Assembly: GCF_006345805.1 (NCBI RefSeq)
Contig: NC_043013.1
Coordinates: 35,092,001-35,156,000, forward strand
Source: Octopus sinensis
Taxonomy: Eukaryota
Length of the DNA: 64,000 nt
Reading direction: 5' to 3'
Made by a program: the position numbers and the translations under genes. Every line of letters starts with the position of its first letter. The first letter of the stretch is position 1. Shown one piece after another: positions 42,123-54,965 of this stretch. The notes under the pieces are model-generated. The model was not told where the DNA came from. It saw only the letters and a list, made by a program, of their open reading frames with translations, and ran no database searches.

Positions 42123-42928
42123 AATATATATATATATACACACATATATGTATGTGTGTGTATGTATATATGTATGGATGTATAAAAGAAGAACACAAAT
42201 TGGGTTCAAAATTCATGACAGCTGTTTCGGCACCATCTTATTGATGCATCCTTAGATTACATCATGGCAAAACCCCTCTATCTTCAGGGGATTTTTAATA
42301 AACAAACATGTAAGCAGAAGCTATAAGATGACTTCCTAACCAATGTGTGTGTTTGTGTGTGTGGTGTATCATTGATCATTGTCATTCTTCTATTTCTGTT
42401 TCTTTCCAGGCTGGTATCAGTAAGACAAAACTTGTCAAGCCAAATTTTGTATGGATGGAGCTCTTTCTGTTGTTCAATCACTACCTGTATTCTAAGGAAG
42501 CTGTATTCATTCCAGTGGTAGGTTCTTACTCTCTGAAAGGACTAGATGTCTTGCTTACTAGAAAATGTAAACAGAGACTCTGTATTTTGCAGTGTAATGA
42601 GGACACATGGTAGACACATACACACACACACACACACACTTACACATGCACACATAAATATATATACAAACAGATGCAAAAATACATACACATGCACACG
42701 CATGCAAACACATGCAAACACACATGCACAAATATGTGTGAGTGCACATGCACATATGTGAATGCCCCAGCATGGTCACTGCCTAAGGACAGAAACAAGT
42801 AAAAGATAGAAAATATATACCCCAAAAATATCAAAATACATGTTTAAATTAGATACAATTGACTTATCTTGTTTCTTATAACTTGCATTGTTTTGACTTT
42901 TGCAGAAAAATTTTTTAAAAACCTATAA

Positions 42929-43148
42929 CCCTTTCGTTACCAACCTGGCTGAAACTGGCTCTGGCTCTGAGTACAAATGTCTTGTTTTCATAAGTTTTGA
43001 ATTAAAATCTTCCACCAAACCTTAGTCACAATTTAAGTTCCTAACACTAGCTGAATGATAACTAAGTTATTTTACTAAATTCTTTGTTATATTTAAAATA
43101 ATTGAAAGAAACACACAGCATCTCAAAATAAATACAGTAACGAAAGGG
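42929..43148. mobile_element. piggyBac-like MITE
   Basis: TIR CCCTTTCGTTAC / GTAACGAAAGGG with TTAA on the right and (A)TAA on the left; related fragments at about 35090-35285 and 37380-37640. Confidence 0.7.
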
Positions 43149-43764
43149 TTAATACAAATCAGACAATGCTTCATGTAAACCAAGGGTCCTCAAACAATTT
43201 TTACATAAGAACCCATTTGATTACTATTATATGATGATTCTAGAAAGCCCAATATTCATTCAATATCTAAAAACTAGTTTTCTAGAAGCTTCTTTGAAAA
43301 TTCTTGTTTCGTTTTTCACACATTAACTTGTGTAGGTTGAACCTTGTAAAATGTTAGAGAAAGAAACCTAGCTGTTTCTTGCAATACATACCAATACATA
43401 TATTTAAAGCAAAATCTTTTCAGGGGTTCTTATAATAAATACTATCTGTGGTTTCCCAATTTACTGTTTTGTTGCCTGGACCCCCAGAAGTATTATATGA
43501 ACCCTCAGGGGCCATACGGACCCCCCTTGAGAACTACTGATCTAGTTATTTATATCAATGCTTTTGATGTCATATGAATTTATAAACATTTGAGAGAATG
43601 TGAAATACATATTTTTGGAATTGGAACTTGAAGTACATCTAAACCTATAAATAATATTGTGTAAAAATTGGGATGAAAATCTCTTTTGGATCAAAAATTT
43701 CCCACAGGCAGCTTTCAACTTTTTCTGTCCAAAAAGGATTTTCGATTTACTGTTTACTTATATA

Positions 43765-44195
43765 TTTCTTTATTGCCCACAGGGGGCTAAACATAGAGGG
43801 AACAAACAAGGACAGACAAAGGGATTAAGTCGATTACATCAACCCCAGTGCGTAACTGGTACTTATTTAATCGACCGCGAAAGGATGAAAGACAAAGTCA
43901 ACCTTGGTGGAGTTTGAACTCAGAACATAATGGCAGACGAAATGCCGCTAAGCATTTTGCCCAGCATGCTAATGTTTCTTATTTCTTTATTGCTCACAAG
44001 GGACTAAACATAGAGGGAACAAACAAGGACAGACAAAGGAATTAAGTTGATTACATCAACCCCAGTGCGTAACTGGTATTTAATTTATCGACCCCGAAAG
44101 GATGAAAGGCAAAGTCGACCTCGGCGGAATTTGAACTCAGAAAGTAGTGCTAAGCATTTCGCTCGGCATGCTTACAATTCTGCCAGCTCACCACC
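43765..44195 (-). mobile_element. Tandem dimer of SINE-B
   Basis: Two consecutive units of about 213 bp, each starting TTTCTTTATTGC(C/T)CACA on the + strand. Confidence 0.8.
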
Positions 44196-44304
44196 TCTTC
44201 TGTCAGCTCACCACCATTTACTTATAGCTACATACAAGTTTCAAGATCCATTTCTTAAAAAGAAATTTTAACACCTGTTGTTACCGTCAAATTGTAATCC
44301 TTTC

Positions 44305-44510
44305 TATTAAAGGCACAAGGCCTGAAATTTGGCGTGGAGGGAGACAGTCAATTACATCGATCCAGTACTCAATTGGTACTTATTTTATCAACACCAAATG
44401 GATGAAAGACAAAGTTGACCTTGGCGGAATTTGAACTCAGAATGTAAAGACAGACGAAATACTGCTAAGCATTTTGCTGGCGTGCTAACAGTTCTGCCAG
44501 TATGCTGCCA
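44305..44510 (-). mobile_element. SINE-B
   Basis: GGAATTTGAACTCAGAA and GCTAAGCATTTT motifs. Confidence 0.75.
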
Positions 44511-44864
44511 TAAGTTATAATGTCAAGTTATAATGCAAACAATTTCACATAAATTGTTCCAAATACTGATGCCATACCAGAGGTAAATGAACACTCATTG
44601 CAGATACTTACACAAAAGGTACAGTGTGGTGGCAGGCTGGATGAACTGACCTCACGGGCCAGATGCAGCTCGTGGGCTGTAGTCTGGTGACCCTTGAGGT
44701 AAGACACAGCCATATTGATAAATGAACAAAGCAATGGATTATAAATTTTGTGACAATTGGTTTACTGACAAGCTTTGTTTGATGTCAGCATAATATAATA
44801 GCTTGGATTCGTCATACACGATGCAATCCTGACACTCATCAAGTGGTATTTAAAACAGAGTGAG

Positions 44865-45180
44865 GGCACGTGGCTTAGTGGTTAGGGCATTCGGCTCATG
44901 ATCGTAAGGTTGTGAGTTCGATTCCCGGCGACGCGTTGTGTCCTTGAGCAAGACACTTTATTTCACGTTGCTCCAGTCCACTCAGCTGGCAAAAATGAGT
45001 TGTACTTGTATTTCAAAGGGTCAGCCTTGTCACTCTCTGTGTCACGCTGATTATCCCCGAGAACTACGTTAAGGATACACGTGTCTGTGGAATGCTCAGC
45101 CATTTGCACGTTAATTTCACGAGCAAGCTGTTCCGTTGATCGTATCAGCTGGGACCCTCGTCGTCGCAACCGACGGAGTC
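44865..45180 (+). mobile_element. SINE-C full length
   Basis: GTGGCTTAGTGG A-box, GAGTTCGATTCC B-box, GTGTCCTTGAGCAAGACACT CORE-like motif. Confidence 0.85.
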
Positions 45181-45274
45181 TTTTAAGATTTAAAACAGAG
45201 TCGAACTATGAATTTGTTGAGTAATCAATTAATTTCCAAGCAAGTAAGGCTACAGTAAAAGTTACCAGTATATA

Positions 45275-45829
45275 TTGGGTTGTCTGGAAAGTTCGTGCTG
45301 ATTCATAGTAGCTTACCTTTCGACTTATTTTAGAATATGGTTGAGTCCATAAAATAGGATTTGACTGCACCCGCCATTTAGAGCACAGTTTAAGCTATCT
45401 TTTCATGGTAGAAGGTTTATGTTCCTATAACCTGTGTTAATTCTGTAACCCTTTAAAATGGAAGATAAAAAAGTTCATTTTGGGCACTTGATGCTTTGGG
45501 AACCAGACAAAAATTGCTGCAGCTCGGCTGGGATGTGTTACTCCATCATCCATATTCACCAGATATTGCTCCTTCAGATTTCCACTTATTCAGGTCTCTG
45601 CAGAATAGTCTTAATGGTAAAAATGTCTATTCCTTGGATGACGTAAAAAGATACCTTGCCATGAAACCACCTCAATTCTAGGAAGAGGGTATTTTCAAGT
45701 TAAAGGAAAGATGGAGACGCATTGTGCAACAAAATGGTTCATATTTGGTTGATTAAAAATGTAATGGCATGTATTTATTGACCTTTTCCTTACCTTTGAA
45801 AATTGGCACAAACTTTCCAGATAACCCAA
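45275..45829 (+). mobile_element. Internally deleted mariner (DD34D type)
   Basis: TA-flanked TIRs; MEDKKVHFGHLML fused to TRQKLLQLGWDVLLHHPYSPDIAPSDFHLFRSLQN. Confidence 0.9.
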
Positions 45830-45917
45830 TAAAATTAACAAAGTGGGTATGTTAAGAAACTGACAGTCAAGGATAGAACAGAACAAGGAAGGGATGAAAA
45901 TATAATTTACAATTACT

Positions 45918-46285
45918 CTTTTACTTGTTTCAGTCATTTGACTGTGGTCATGCTGGAGCACCGCCTTTAGTTGACCAAATCGACCCCAGGACTTATTCTT
46001 TGTAAGCCTAGTACTTATTCTATCGGTCTCTTTGGCCAAACTGCTAAGATACGGGGATGTAAACACACCAGCATCGATTGTCAAGCGATGTTGGGAGGAC
46101 AAACACAGACACACAAACACATATATATGATGGGCTTCTTTCAGTTTCCGTCTACCGAATCTACTCACAAGGATTTGGTCAGCCCGAGGCTATAGTAGAA
46201 GACACTTTCCCAAGGTGCCATGCAGTGGGACTGAACCCGGAACTATGTGGTTGGTAAGCAAGCTACTTACCACACAGCCACTCCT
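45918..46285 (-). mobile_element. SINE-A full length
   Basis: Complete structure. Confidence 0.85.
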
Positions 46286-46799
46286 ACACCTATAGATCTT
46301 AAGATAAAAGAAAGTAACAGTGAGGTTTTTACAGATAATATATATATAAAGATATCAAAAGAGACCAGTAAAATAAATACCCTTTGCCTAAAATCCTTCA
46401 AGATGGTACCCCAGAATGACCACAAGTAAAAGATAAAAGAGAGTAAAAGATAACATGGGTCAGGTGTTTGTTTGTTGGATTGGTTGTTTTTATCACTGGA
46501 TGACTTAATTATTTCCTTAGCCATTCACCTACGGAAGAAAGAGTGGAACTTGTTATTATCAATGAAGCAAACTCCATGAAACAAAGAAATACATTCATAC
46601 TTTAAAGTCTTTGTGCATGTATATGTGCATTGGGGGGGGGGGAGTGCGAGTGGGTGAGTGAGAGGTGCTGTGGGAGTTGGCCTGCAGGTGGTTTGGGGAG
46701 AGAGAGAGAGAGCGAGAGAAATAAGTAATAGTACAAATCATACCTAATCATGGATCATTTTGATTGATCATCAACATCTCCATCATCCAGCATATCTCT

Positions 46800-46993
46800 C
46801 TCTCTCTTTCTCTCTCCATTACACATGAATATATATACACATATACACACACATACACGCACACATATACATGTGTATGTGTGTATATATACACACACAC
46901 ATATATATATATATACACATGCATATATATATATATATACATATGTATATATATATATATATGTATGCATATATATATATATATACACATGCA

Positions 46994-47034
<41 letters not shown>

Positions 47035-47260
47035 GTATGCATATATATATATATATATACACATGCATATATATATATATAGATATATATATATATATAT
47101 ATACAAACACACACACACACACACACATATATATAATATATATATGTATGTGTGTATATATATATTTATTTATACATATAGATATATATATATAGATATA
47201 TATATGCATACATACATATATATACATACATACATAAATACATACATACACACATACATA
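46800..47260. repeat. Compound (TA)n/(CA)n microsatellite
   Basis: Direct reading. Confidence 0.95.
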
Positions 47261-48049
47261 TAATATTAGCTACATGCATACATTGGTGAGTTCATGTGTA
47301 TGTGAATGTGCTTTATGAGAGAGAGATAGAGTAGGTTTTGTTGCATGACATATGCACCAAAAAGGCATATTAAGCAAGGAAAAGATGAGAGAGAGGGAGG
47401 GAGGGAAGAAGAGAGAGAGAGAGAGAGAGAGAGAGTCTGAGAAAAAGAGAAAGATAATGCTACCAGAAGAGAATAGGAGTTAGAGTGATGAGGGTAGAGC
47501 AATATAAAGCAATAAAGCTGAAAAAAAGATTGATAGATACAGAAATAAATCAGAATATATGGATAAAGCCATAAATATTAACAAATATATTGATCAAATT
47601 CTCAGTATAATAAAACATATTATTATTTCTAACACTTTATAATGATATATCAATACATTTATCAGTGCTGTGAATATTATATATATATATATGTCGGTAT
47701 ATTCTTTTATATATACAGTATCAATGAGTACATTGTAGTATATAGAAGTAATCTATCAGACCATTCTAATACATCACTAGTATGTCTGTCAAGACTTCTG
47801 GAATATATTGATATATCTCTCAATTTTTATACTAGCAATACTAAAGTTTAATGTTCCTGTGAGGGATGAAGATATCCAGGTAAGAAAACACCTCTTAAAT
47901 GCTTAGGATTTCAAAGACAAGATAAGTTCCAGTACAACTTACTTATTTACTTACAAGGTAGTATACTCTTAAAGACCAGCAGAGTATTAAGAAATTTGTT
48001 CACAATGAACAGTCTTATATTTGGTTTAAATATCGCTCATCTTTAACCT

Positions 48050-48420
48050 TGCACATTTGAGTATCATCTATGCAGCCTAAATGCCTCACACTGAGTCTAT
48101 GCTAATTTTGTGAACTAAGATCAAGAAATGCTTCTTCAACGAGGGTCATGACAATCTTGTCTTCTTCAAAAATAAAAAAAGACATGATCACTCTTCATAT
48201 CATGGAAATCTTACTGCATCTTCACCTAAGTATGAACAGCATTCAAGGTTGCTACAAATGCTAAGTCTCAATACGACAGAAGAATCCCTCTTACACATCC
48301 ACAATGTAACAAATATGGTATCTCAAAGATTGGATTTTCTCTACAGAACTAGAAAAGACTTCAGCAACCAACAGTTTCTGACTCTCAATTTCAAAGCTAG
48401 TTATCATTGCTCCTGTTAAA
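48050..48420 (+). mobile_element. Decayed CR1/L2/Jockey-group reverse transcriptase fragment
   Basis: HIHNVTNMVSQRLDFLYRTRKDFSNQQFLTL and GHDNLVFF resemble post-YADD/thumb motifs of that group. Confidence 0.55.
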
Positions 48421-48423
48421 GCT

Positions 48424-48590
48424 CTTTTACTCTTTTTACTCCTTTGCTTGTTTCAGTCACTTGACTGTGGCCATGCTGGAGCACCGCCTTTAGTTGAGCA
48501 AATCGACTCCAGGACTTATTCTTTGTAATCCTAGTACTTATTCTATCGGTCTATTTTGCTGAACCGCTAAGTTACAGGGACATAAACACA

Positions 48591-48639
<49 letters not shown>

Positions 48640-49028
48640 CCAACCCATCGTGGTCGTTTGCCAGCTTCCTCTCCTCTGGACCCTGTGCCGGTGGTACATA
48701 AAAAGCACCCACTACACTCACAGAGTGGTTGGCGTTAGGAAGAGCATCCAGTTGTAGAATCACTGCCAGATCAGAGTGGAGCCTGGCACAGCCTCCTGGC
48801 TTCCCAGACCCCGGTCAAACCGTCCAACCCATGCTAGCATGGAGAACGGACGTTAAACGATGATGATGATGATGTATATACGACGGGCTTCTTTCAGTTT
48901 CCGTCCACCAAATCCTCTCAGAAGGCTTTGGTCGGCCCGAGGCTATAGTAGAAGACACTTGCCCAAGGTGCCACACAAGTGGGATTGCACCCGGAACCAT
49001 GTGGTTGGCAAGCAAGCTACTTACCACA
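48424..49028 (-). mobile_element. SINE-A with an RTE-tail element (48640-48875, +) nested in its internal microsatellite
   Basis: 3' module at 48424-48600 and head at 48876-49028 bracket the insert. Confidence 0.8.
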
Positions 49029-49836
49029 CGTTGCTGTTATCAATATAGTTTTTATTGGTATTGCTACTAGTTGTTGACGGTGCTGTTGTTGTTGTTGTTG
49101 TTGTTATAGATAACCATTGCAGCTGCTGTATCTACTGCTCCTGATTTATTTCTGTTGTTATTGCTGTTGTCCACATCACTGGTTTTTATTTTTGTTATTG
49201 TTGTAAATTTTTATTGTTGTTTTGTCCATTGTTACTGGTGTTGTTATTAAGGTTGACAATGTTATCTTCGTTATTGCTGCTGTCATTGCAGCCGATGTCG
49301 TAGTTGTTGTTGTTGTTGTTGTTGTTGCTGTTGTTAATGTTGTTGTTGTTGTTGTTGTTGTTTATTTAATTAGGTCTCCACAGGTTTAAGATATTTAACT
49401 TCTGACATTTAAGACATGCTAAATGTTGAATTTAATCTGTAAAAAGAAAAATTCTTTGAAAGCTACCATGTTCCACTTCATCCCAACACTCATATTTCTC
49501 TCTCTCTCACCCACTCTCTCACTCTCTCTTTCTCACACACTCACACACCACACACACACACATACTTTCTCACCTTCTTAATCAGAAAAATACAAACATA
49601 ACCACATGAACAAACATGTACACAGTTTCCATTTTTTAGAGACTTCGCACACACACACACACACACACACATACACACACACACACATTCTCATTCACTC
49701 TCTCTCCGTCTCATATGACTATTATTGTTGCTGTTGTTGTACCTGTTGTAATTTAAAAAAAATATTTTTGCTTCATTCTTTCAATCTCTTTCTCAATTCA
49801 TAATTATGATTTTTCTTTTGTTTGTTTTTTTTATCC

Positions 49837-49837
<1 letters not shown>

Positions 49838-49888
<51 letters not shown>

Positions 49889-50600
49889 TTGCATCACTCA
49901 CAATATCTTGTTTAAATTTTAACACTCTCTCCTTCTCTCTCTTATCAGTCGTGTTATTCTTTGCTCCGCAGTGAAAGATTGTTTTTGTGCTGAAAATTTT
50001 GAAAATTTGCTGTTTTGGTCGTCGAGACCACTTCTTTTCTGCTGTTGCAGCAGAGTTTTGCTGTTCTTTTCCCCCTTGTTTCAAGGGGGGAAGCGGCAAA
50101 AAACATGAATTTGCCACCAATTTCTTCCGAGTCGGAGGAAAACTTTGAAAATTTGTTTGAAGCATGAAGGCGAATATGAGGGAGGAGAAAGATAAAAGTA
50201 TAGATGTAATGATAATAATAAGTGGATGTAAACACATGAACAAAATAAAAATAAACAAAAACAACAACAACAAAAACAAAATACAAATTACATGAACGTA
50301 TATAAACAGAAGATACAAATACTACAGGCATCCCCCCACATACACACACTAAATAAACATAGACGCACATAGAGATATAAGCATGCGCAAATGAAGACAT
50401 ACAATAGAAATACAAAATGGCTGACGGTTAGTAAGGAGAGACACAAATAAGTGAGAAGAAAACAAAGGACCACTGATGCAGTCACAGGAGTGTGACGAAA
50501 GAACTCAGGCCGAAATAAGATTAAGATTAATGTAAAAAATAAATAAAACTGAAGCAAAATAACACCAAATATATAGTGCGTGTGTTTTTATTGGCTAAAC
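49838..50600. promoter_or_regulatory. Candidate Pol II promoter / first-exon region, direction unresolved
   Basis: Non-repetitive, CpG-containing stretch with a (CT)n tract, Inr-like TCAGTC (49945), NRF1-like GCATGCGCA (50381), YY1/Kozak-like CAAAATGGC (50413), ATTGG (50590), and donor-like sites on both strands. Confidence 0.45.
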
Positions 50601-50728
50601 TGGCAATATGACCATTCCGAAATATAACAATACATATATATATATATATACATATATATACACATGTATATACATATATATATATATGTATATATGTATA
50701 TATATATATGTCTATGTGTATGTATGTA

Positions 50729-50782
<54 letters not shown>

Positions 50783-50877
50783 TGTATGTATCACCTAGCT
50801 GTCTGGAAGTTTTGCATTCTTGTCCCATTTTCATATGTTTTTATATATAAAAATATAGCAGCATACGTACACTTTGG

Positions 50878-50913
<36 letters not shown>

Positions 50914-50933
50914 AATATATATACATACACATA

Positions 50934-51272
50934 CTCTTTTACTTGTTTCAGTCATTTGACTGCGGCCATGCTGGAGCACCGCCCGTAGTTGAGCAAATCG
51001 ACCCCAAAACTTATTCTTTGTAAGCCTAGTACTTATTCTACCAGTCTCAGTTGTCAAGCAATGTTGGGGGATCAAACACAGACACACAAACATATACACA
51101 CACATACATATATGATGGGCTTCTTCCAGTTTCCATCTACCAAATCCACTCACAAGGTTTTGGTTGGTCCGATGCTATAGTAGAAGACACTTGCCGAAGG
51201 TGCCATGCAGTGGGACTGAACCCAGAACCATGTGGTTGATAAACAAACTACTTAACACATAGCCACTCCTGC
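50934..51272 (-). mobile_element. SINE-A with internal deletion
   Basis: Both ends present; part of the 3' module is missing. Confidence 0.75.
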
Positions 51273-51670
51273 GCCTATATATATATATATAGTCTTCAGC
51301 AAAACTGTTAAGCACCCAGTACACTTTGTAAAGTGGTTGGTGTTAGGAAGGGCATCCAGCTGTAGAAACCATGTCAAATCTGACTGGAACCTGGTGCAGC
51401 TCTCCAGCTTACCAGCTCTGGTGCAAATATTCTGCATGTTTGATGTTCAAGGTGGTCTGATCTGGCTTCTCATGCTTACACTGCAATGTCTTTCAAAAAA
51501 TGTGCAACCTCTTCATCAAAATCTCGACGATATGAAATGATGCAGGATTATTTCAAAACAATGTGAATACATTAGATTTATATTTGACTGAATATAGAAG
51601 ACAACTTTTAATGTACATTATTTATATTGTTTACATTTGACGGATATTTGTCCTCATCTTGTTGGTTGTT

Positions 51671-51716
51671 AACACAATGTTTCAGCTGATATACCCTCCA
51701 GCCTTCATCAGGTGTC
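51671..51716 (-). ncRNA. Minimal type I hammerhead ribozyme motif
   Basis: GACAC CTGATGA A GGCTG-GAGGGTATAT-CAGCT GAAA CA TT GTGTT. Confidence 0.65.
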
Positions 51717-51820
51717 TTGCGGAAATTTCGATCCTGAGTTCTCATTCCTAAGATTTTTTAATGTTGTTGTTATTGTTATTATTGTTGTTGTTCTTCCTCT
51801 TCTTCTTCTTCTTCTTCTTC

Positions 51821-51858
<38 letters not shown>

Positions 51859-52643
51859 GAGTGAGAGAGCAGTTCATGCCATCAAAGTGACACTGGGGTA
51901 AAATATACGAAGCCCAATATACCCATCATGACTACCCGTCTGATAAAGGTACACCAGGCACATGCATCACAACCATATGTGCACAACATGGTGATCTCAT
52001 ATCAAGATAAAGAGCACATGACCTTGCAGGTGGGGCCCAGTTAGAATTTTCTTCAGGTCGAGTAACCCATCCCACTCAAAAGGTCCCTGAATAAGGGTTG
52101 TTTAAGGATGTTGAAAGAACCACCCATGTTTCCAGAGGTGAACTATTCAAACCCCAAAGAATCCCTCTCAACACATGGCTATGATGCTCCCCCACTACTT
52201 CTGCTCGTGATCAGAGATGCACATATCGTCAGCCACTAAGGGACATGCTCAACTGGTTACGGTCAAACAACTGACAAGCAAATCTGTGGTATTGAGCAGA
52301 ATATTTGCTGTAGCCCATCTTTTATACCAAGACAAAACAATGTACATGATAACACTTCCAATCAGTTAAGATCAGAAGCCATGAGAGCCACTGCCTGGTA
52401 CTGCATCAGGGCATTTACTGGTACTGCATCAGGGCATTGCCTGGTACTGCATCAGGGCATTGCCTGGTACTGCATCAGGGCATTTACCTGGTACTGCATC
52501 AGGGCATTTACCTGGTACTGCATCAGGGCATTGCCTGGTACTGCATCAGGGCATTGCCTGGTACTGCATCAGGGCATTGCCTGGTACTGCATCAGGGCAT
52601 TGCCTGGTACTGCATCAGGGCATTGCCTGGTACTGCATCAGGG

Positions 52644-52647
<4 letters not shown>
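51859..52647. mobile_element. About 560-bp (TAA)n-flanked element, copy 2, ending in 11 copies of a 23-bp unit
   Basis: Matches 17002-17558; GCCTGGTACTGCATCAGGGCATT is repeated over 52393-52647. Confidence 0.85.
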
Positions 52648-52727
<80 letters not shown>

Positions 52728-52728
<1 letters not shown>

Positions 52729-54283
52729 TATGTTTGACTTTTGCTTTATATTTGTACAAGTTGGCTCCAAGTCTCACCCAGAGACCTCAAGAGACAACAG
52801 GGTGGAAGTTCATGTTGTTGTTATGCCTAGTGTGCCATACATTTGGGGGGGGGATGTTGTACTAATGAATGTCTAAAAAAAAGGTTTTTTTTTTTTTTTT
52901 TTTTAAACCGAAAATTATGTTTGTTTTAAACCTTGAGATTACATAGAGAGTATTTTGCGTAGGATATGAGCAGTTCCCATGAGCACTATCTTTTGAACTT
53001 CTGCCATTTTGGGTTTCCTGGTATCTGAGTTAGGTAGCTATCAGCCCCTTTTGCTATCATCCCAGGGCACCGATGACAACAGGTATTGTTTTAGTCTTCA
53101 GCTTCCACATTTTGCTGATTTCTATTTCAAGATCTTTATATTTGCTCAGTTTTGGTAGGTCTTGACAGATACGTTTATATCGATTGGGACAGTCATATCA
53201 ATGAGGAGGCATGTTCTTTGTTTGAAGTCTTTCAATATGATGTCTGGCCTATTTGCATCTATCTTCCTGTCAGTTTGAATGGTGAAGTTCCAGAGGAGTG
53301 AGATGTGGTCATTTTCAAGCACTGGGGGTGGTTGTGTTCCCACCAGTTTTTTTCATGGGGCAAATCCAGGTTTTTACAGATTACCAGTGAATATATTGTG
53401 CAGCTCTATCGTGCCTGTTGAGATACTCTGTAGGCGCTAGAAGACTGCACTTGGAGACCACATGGTCAATGGTTTCATTTTGTTACTTGCATACATGACA
53501 CGTTGGACTGCTTCTGATCTTTAATATGTTGGCCTGGTAGTTTCTTGTTGGTAGACATTGATCTTGAGCTGCTATGATAAACCCCTCTGTTTCAGATTTT
53601 AAGCCAGAGGCCATTAGCCATTGATGGGTCAGGGCTTTGTCGATATCTGCATTATTCGCTCTCTTTGGGTATTTGCCATAGAGAGGTTTTTCTTGCCATT
53701 TATTATTCAGAATATCTAAGGCCGCAGTTTTGGCACGGGTTTTCATGCGCCTAGCTTTTTCTGTGCTTGTTTCTTGTATATCTATCTCTAATTCCGAAAT
53801 TGGTTGTATTCGGAATTCACTTAGATTTCCTTTGCCTGTTTTGTGACTGAGTATGATGCTTTCTTGTTTTCATGTTTTGAGACAAGTTTTAACATCCAGT
53901 CCTCAGAGTTTTTCAGGTAGGTGTCTAGGCCAATTGTAGCAATCTTCATTGTTATTGCCAGTTGCAAAAGACCACGGCCTCCCTCTTTTCTTGGCAGATA
54001 GAGTCGTTCTGTATCTGCCTTAGGGTGGTGCATTCTATGCATTGTCAACAGTTTCCTTATTTTTCTGTCGAGCTGACATATTTCAGTAATTGACCAGTTA
54101 ACAATATTGAAACTGTAAGTCACGACTGGTATAGCTAATGCATTGATTGCTTCGATCCTGTTTCTTGCATTCAGCTCTGTCTTGAGTATTGCTCTCACTC
54201 TTCGATAGCATTCTCTCCTGATCCTTTCCTTCATCTCTGAATGCCTTATTCCGTTCCCTTCAATTACCCCTAGGTACTTGTAC

Positions 54284-54285
<2 letters not shown>
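52728..54285 (-). mobile_element. 5'-truncated R4/Dong-clade non-LTR retrotransposon
   Basis: Flanked by (AAT)n on both sides; short 3' UTR at 52728-52938. Confidence 0.85.
52939..54285 (-). pseudogene. RT thumb, CCHC zinc knuckle and restriction-like endonuclease (frameshifted)
   Basis: YKYLG, LYLPRKEGGRGL, AAQDQ, CHVC..ETIDHVVSKC, RHD, NRPDII..IDMTVP, KYKDL, ending ILSM*. Confidence 0.85.
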
Positions 54286-54365
<80 letters not shown>

Positions 54366-54501
54366 TGCTGCTGCTGCTGCTACTACTACTACTACTACTA
54401 CTACCACTACTATTATTATTGTTATTATTATTCGGGTCACTGCCTGGAATCGAACTTGGAATCTTCGGGTTAGTAGCCTGTGCTCGTAACCACTACGCCC
54501 A

Positions 54502-54690
54502 ATGTGAAAAATACCTTAGGAAAGAGAAGCCAGGTTCGAAATTTCCCCCAAGACACTTGATGAAGGTTGGAGGGTATATCAGCTGAAACATTGTGTTAAC
54601 AACAAACAATATGAGGACAAATATCTGTCAAATGTAAATAATGTAAATAATGTATATAATTCCTCATCTCTTAAATATAGAACAGTATTA
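54502..54690 (+). mobile_element. Inverted copy of the hammerhead tail abutting the head of copy 1
   Basis: Reverse complement of 51612-51765 plus a 3' extension of about 35 bp. Confidence 0.8.
54552..54597 (+). ncRNA. Hammerhead motif with C3>U core mutation
   Basis: GACAC TTGATGA A GGTTG-GAGGGTATAT-CAGCT GAAA CA TT GTGTT. Confidence 0.5.
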
Positions 54691-54934
54691 AGTTTGAATG
54701 TGTTTAATTGTTATGAAAGAGAGGGAGAAAGAGAGAGAGAGAAAGAGATAGCTAGATATAGATAGAGATATTTGGCTTCTAAAAATGTGCTATCTCTTCA
54801 TCAAAACCTCGATGATATGAGATGATGCTGGATTATTTCAAAACAATGTGAATACATAAGCTTTATATTTGAGTATAGAAGACAACTTTTAATGTATTTA
54901 ATTGTTATGGGAGTGAGAGAGAAAGAGAGAAAAA

Positions 54935-54965
<31 letters not shown>

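Larger units (their letters stand above)
51612..54501 (-). mobile_element. tRNA-head/(AAT)n/hammerhead-tail element, copy 1, with two nested insertions
   Basis: Head at 54433-54501 (GGGCGTAGTGG, AAGTTCGATTCC) and tail at 51612-51765 match the intact copy at 56346-56602. Confidence 0.75.

Noticed and set aside
44865-44935. Functional tRNA genes at SINE heads (also 19651, 56346, 54433)
   Set aside because: A and B boxes are present, but there is no complete acceptor stem or downstream T-run terminator, and each continues into a SINE body.
52393-52647. CRISPR-like array
   Set aside because: Repeats are contiguous with no unique spacers, in a eukaryotic context with no cas genes.
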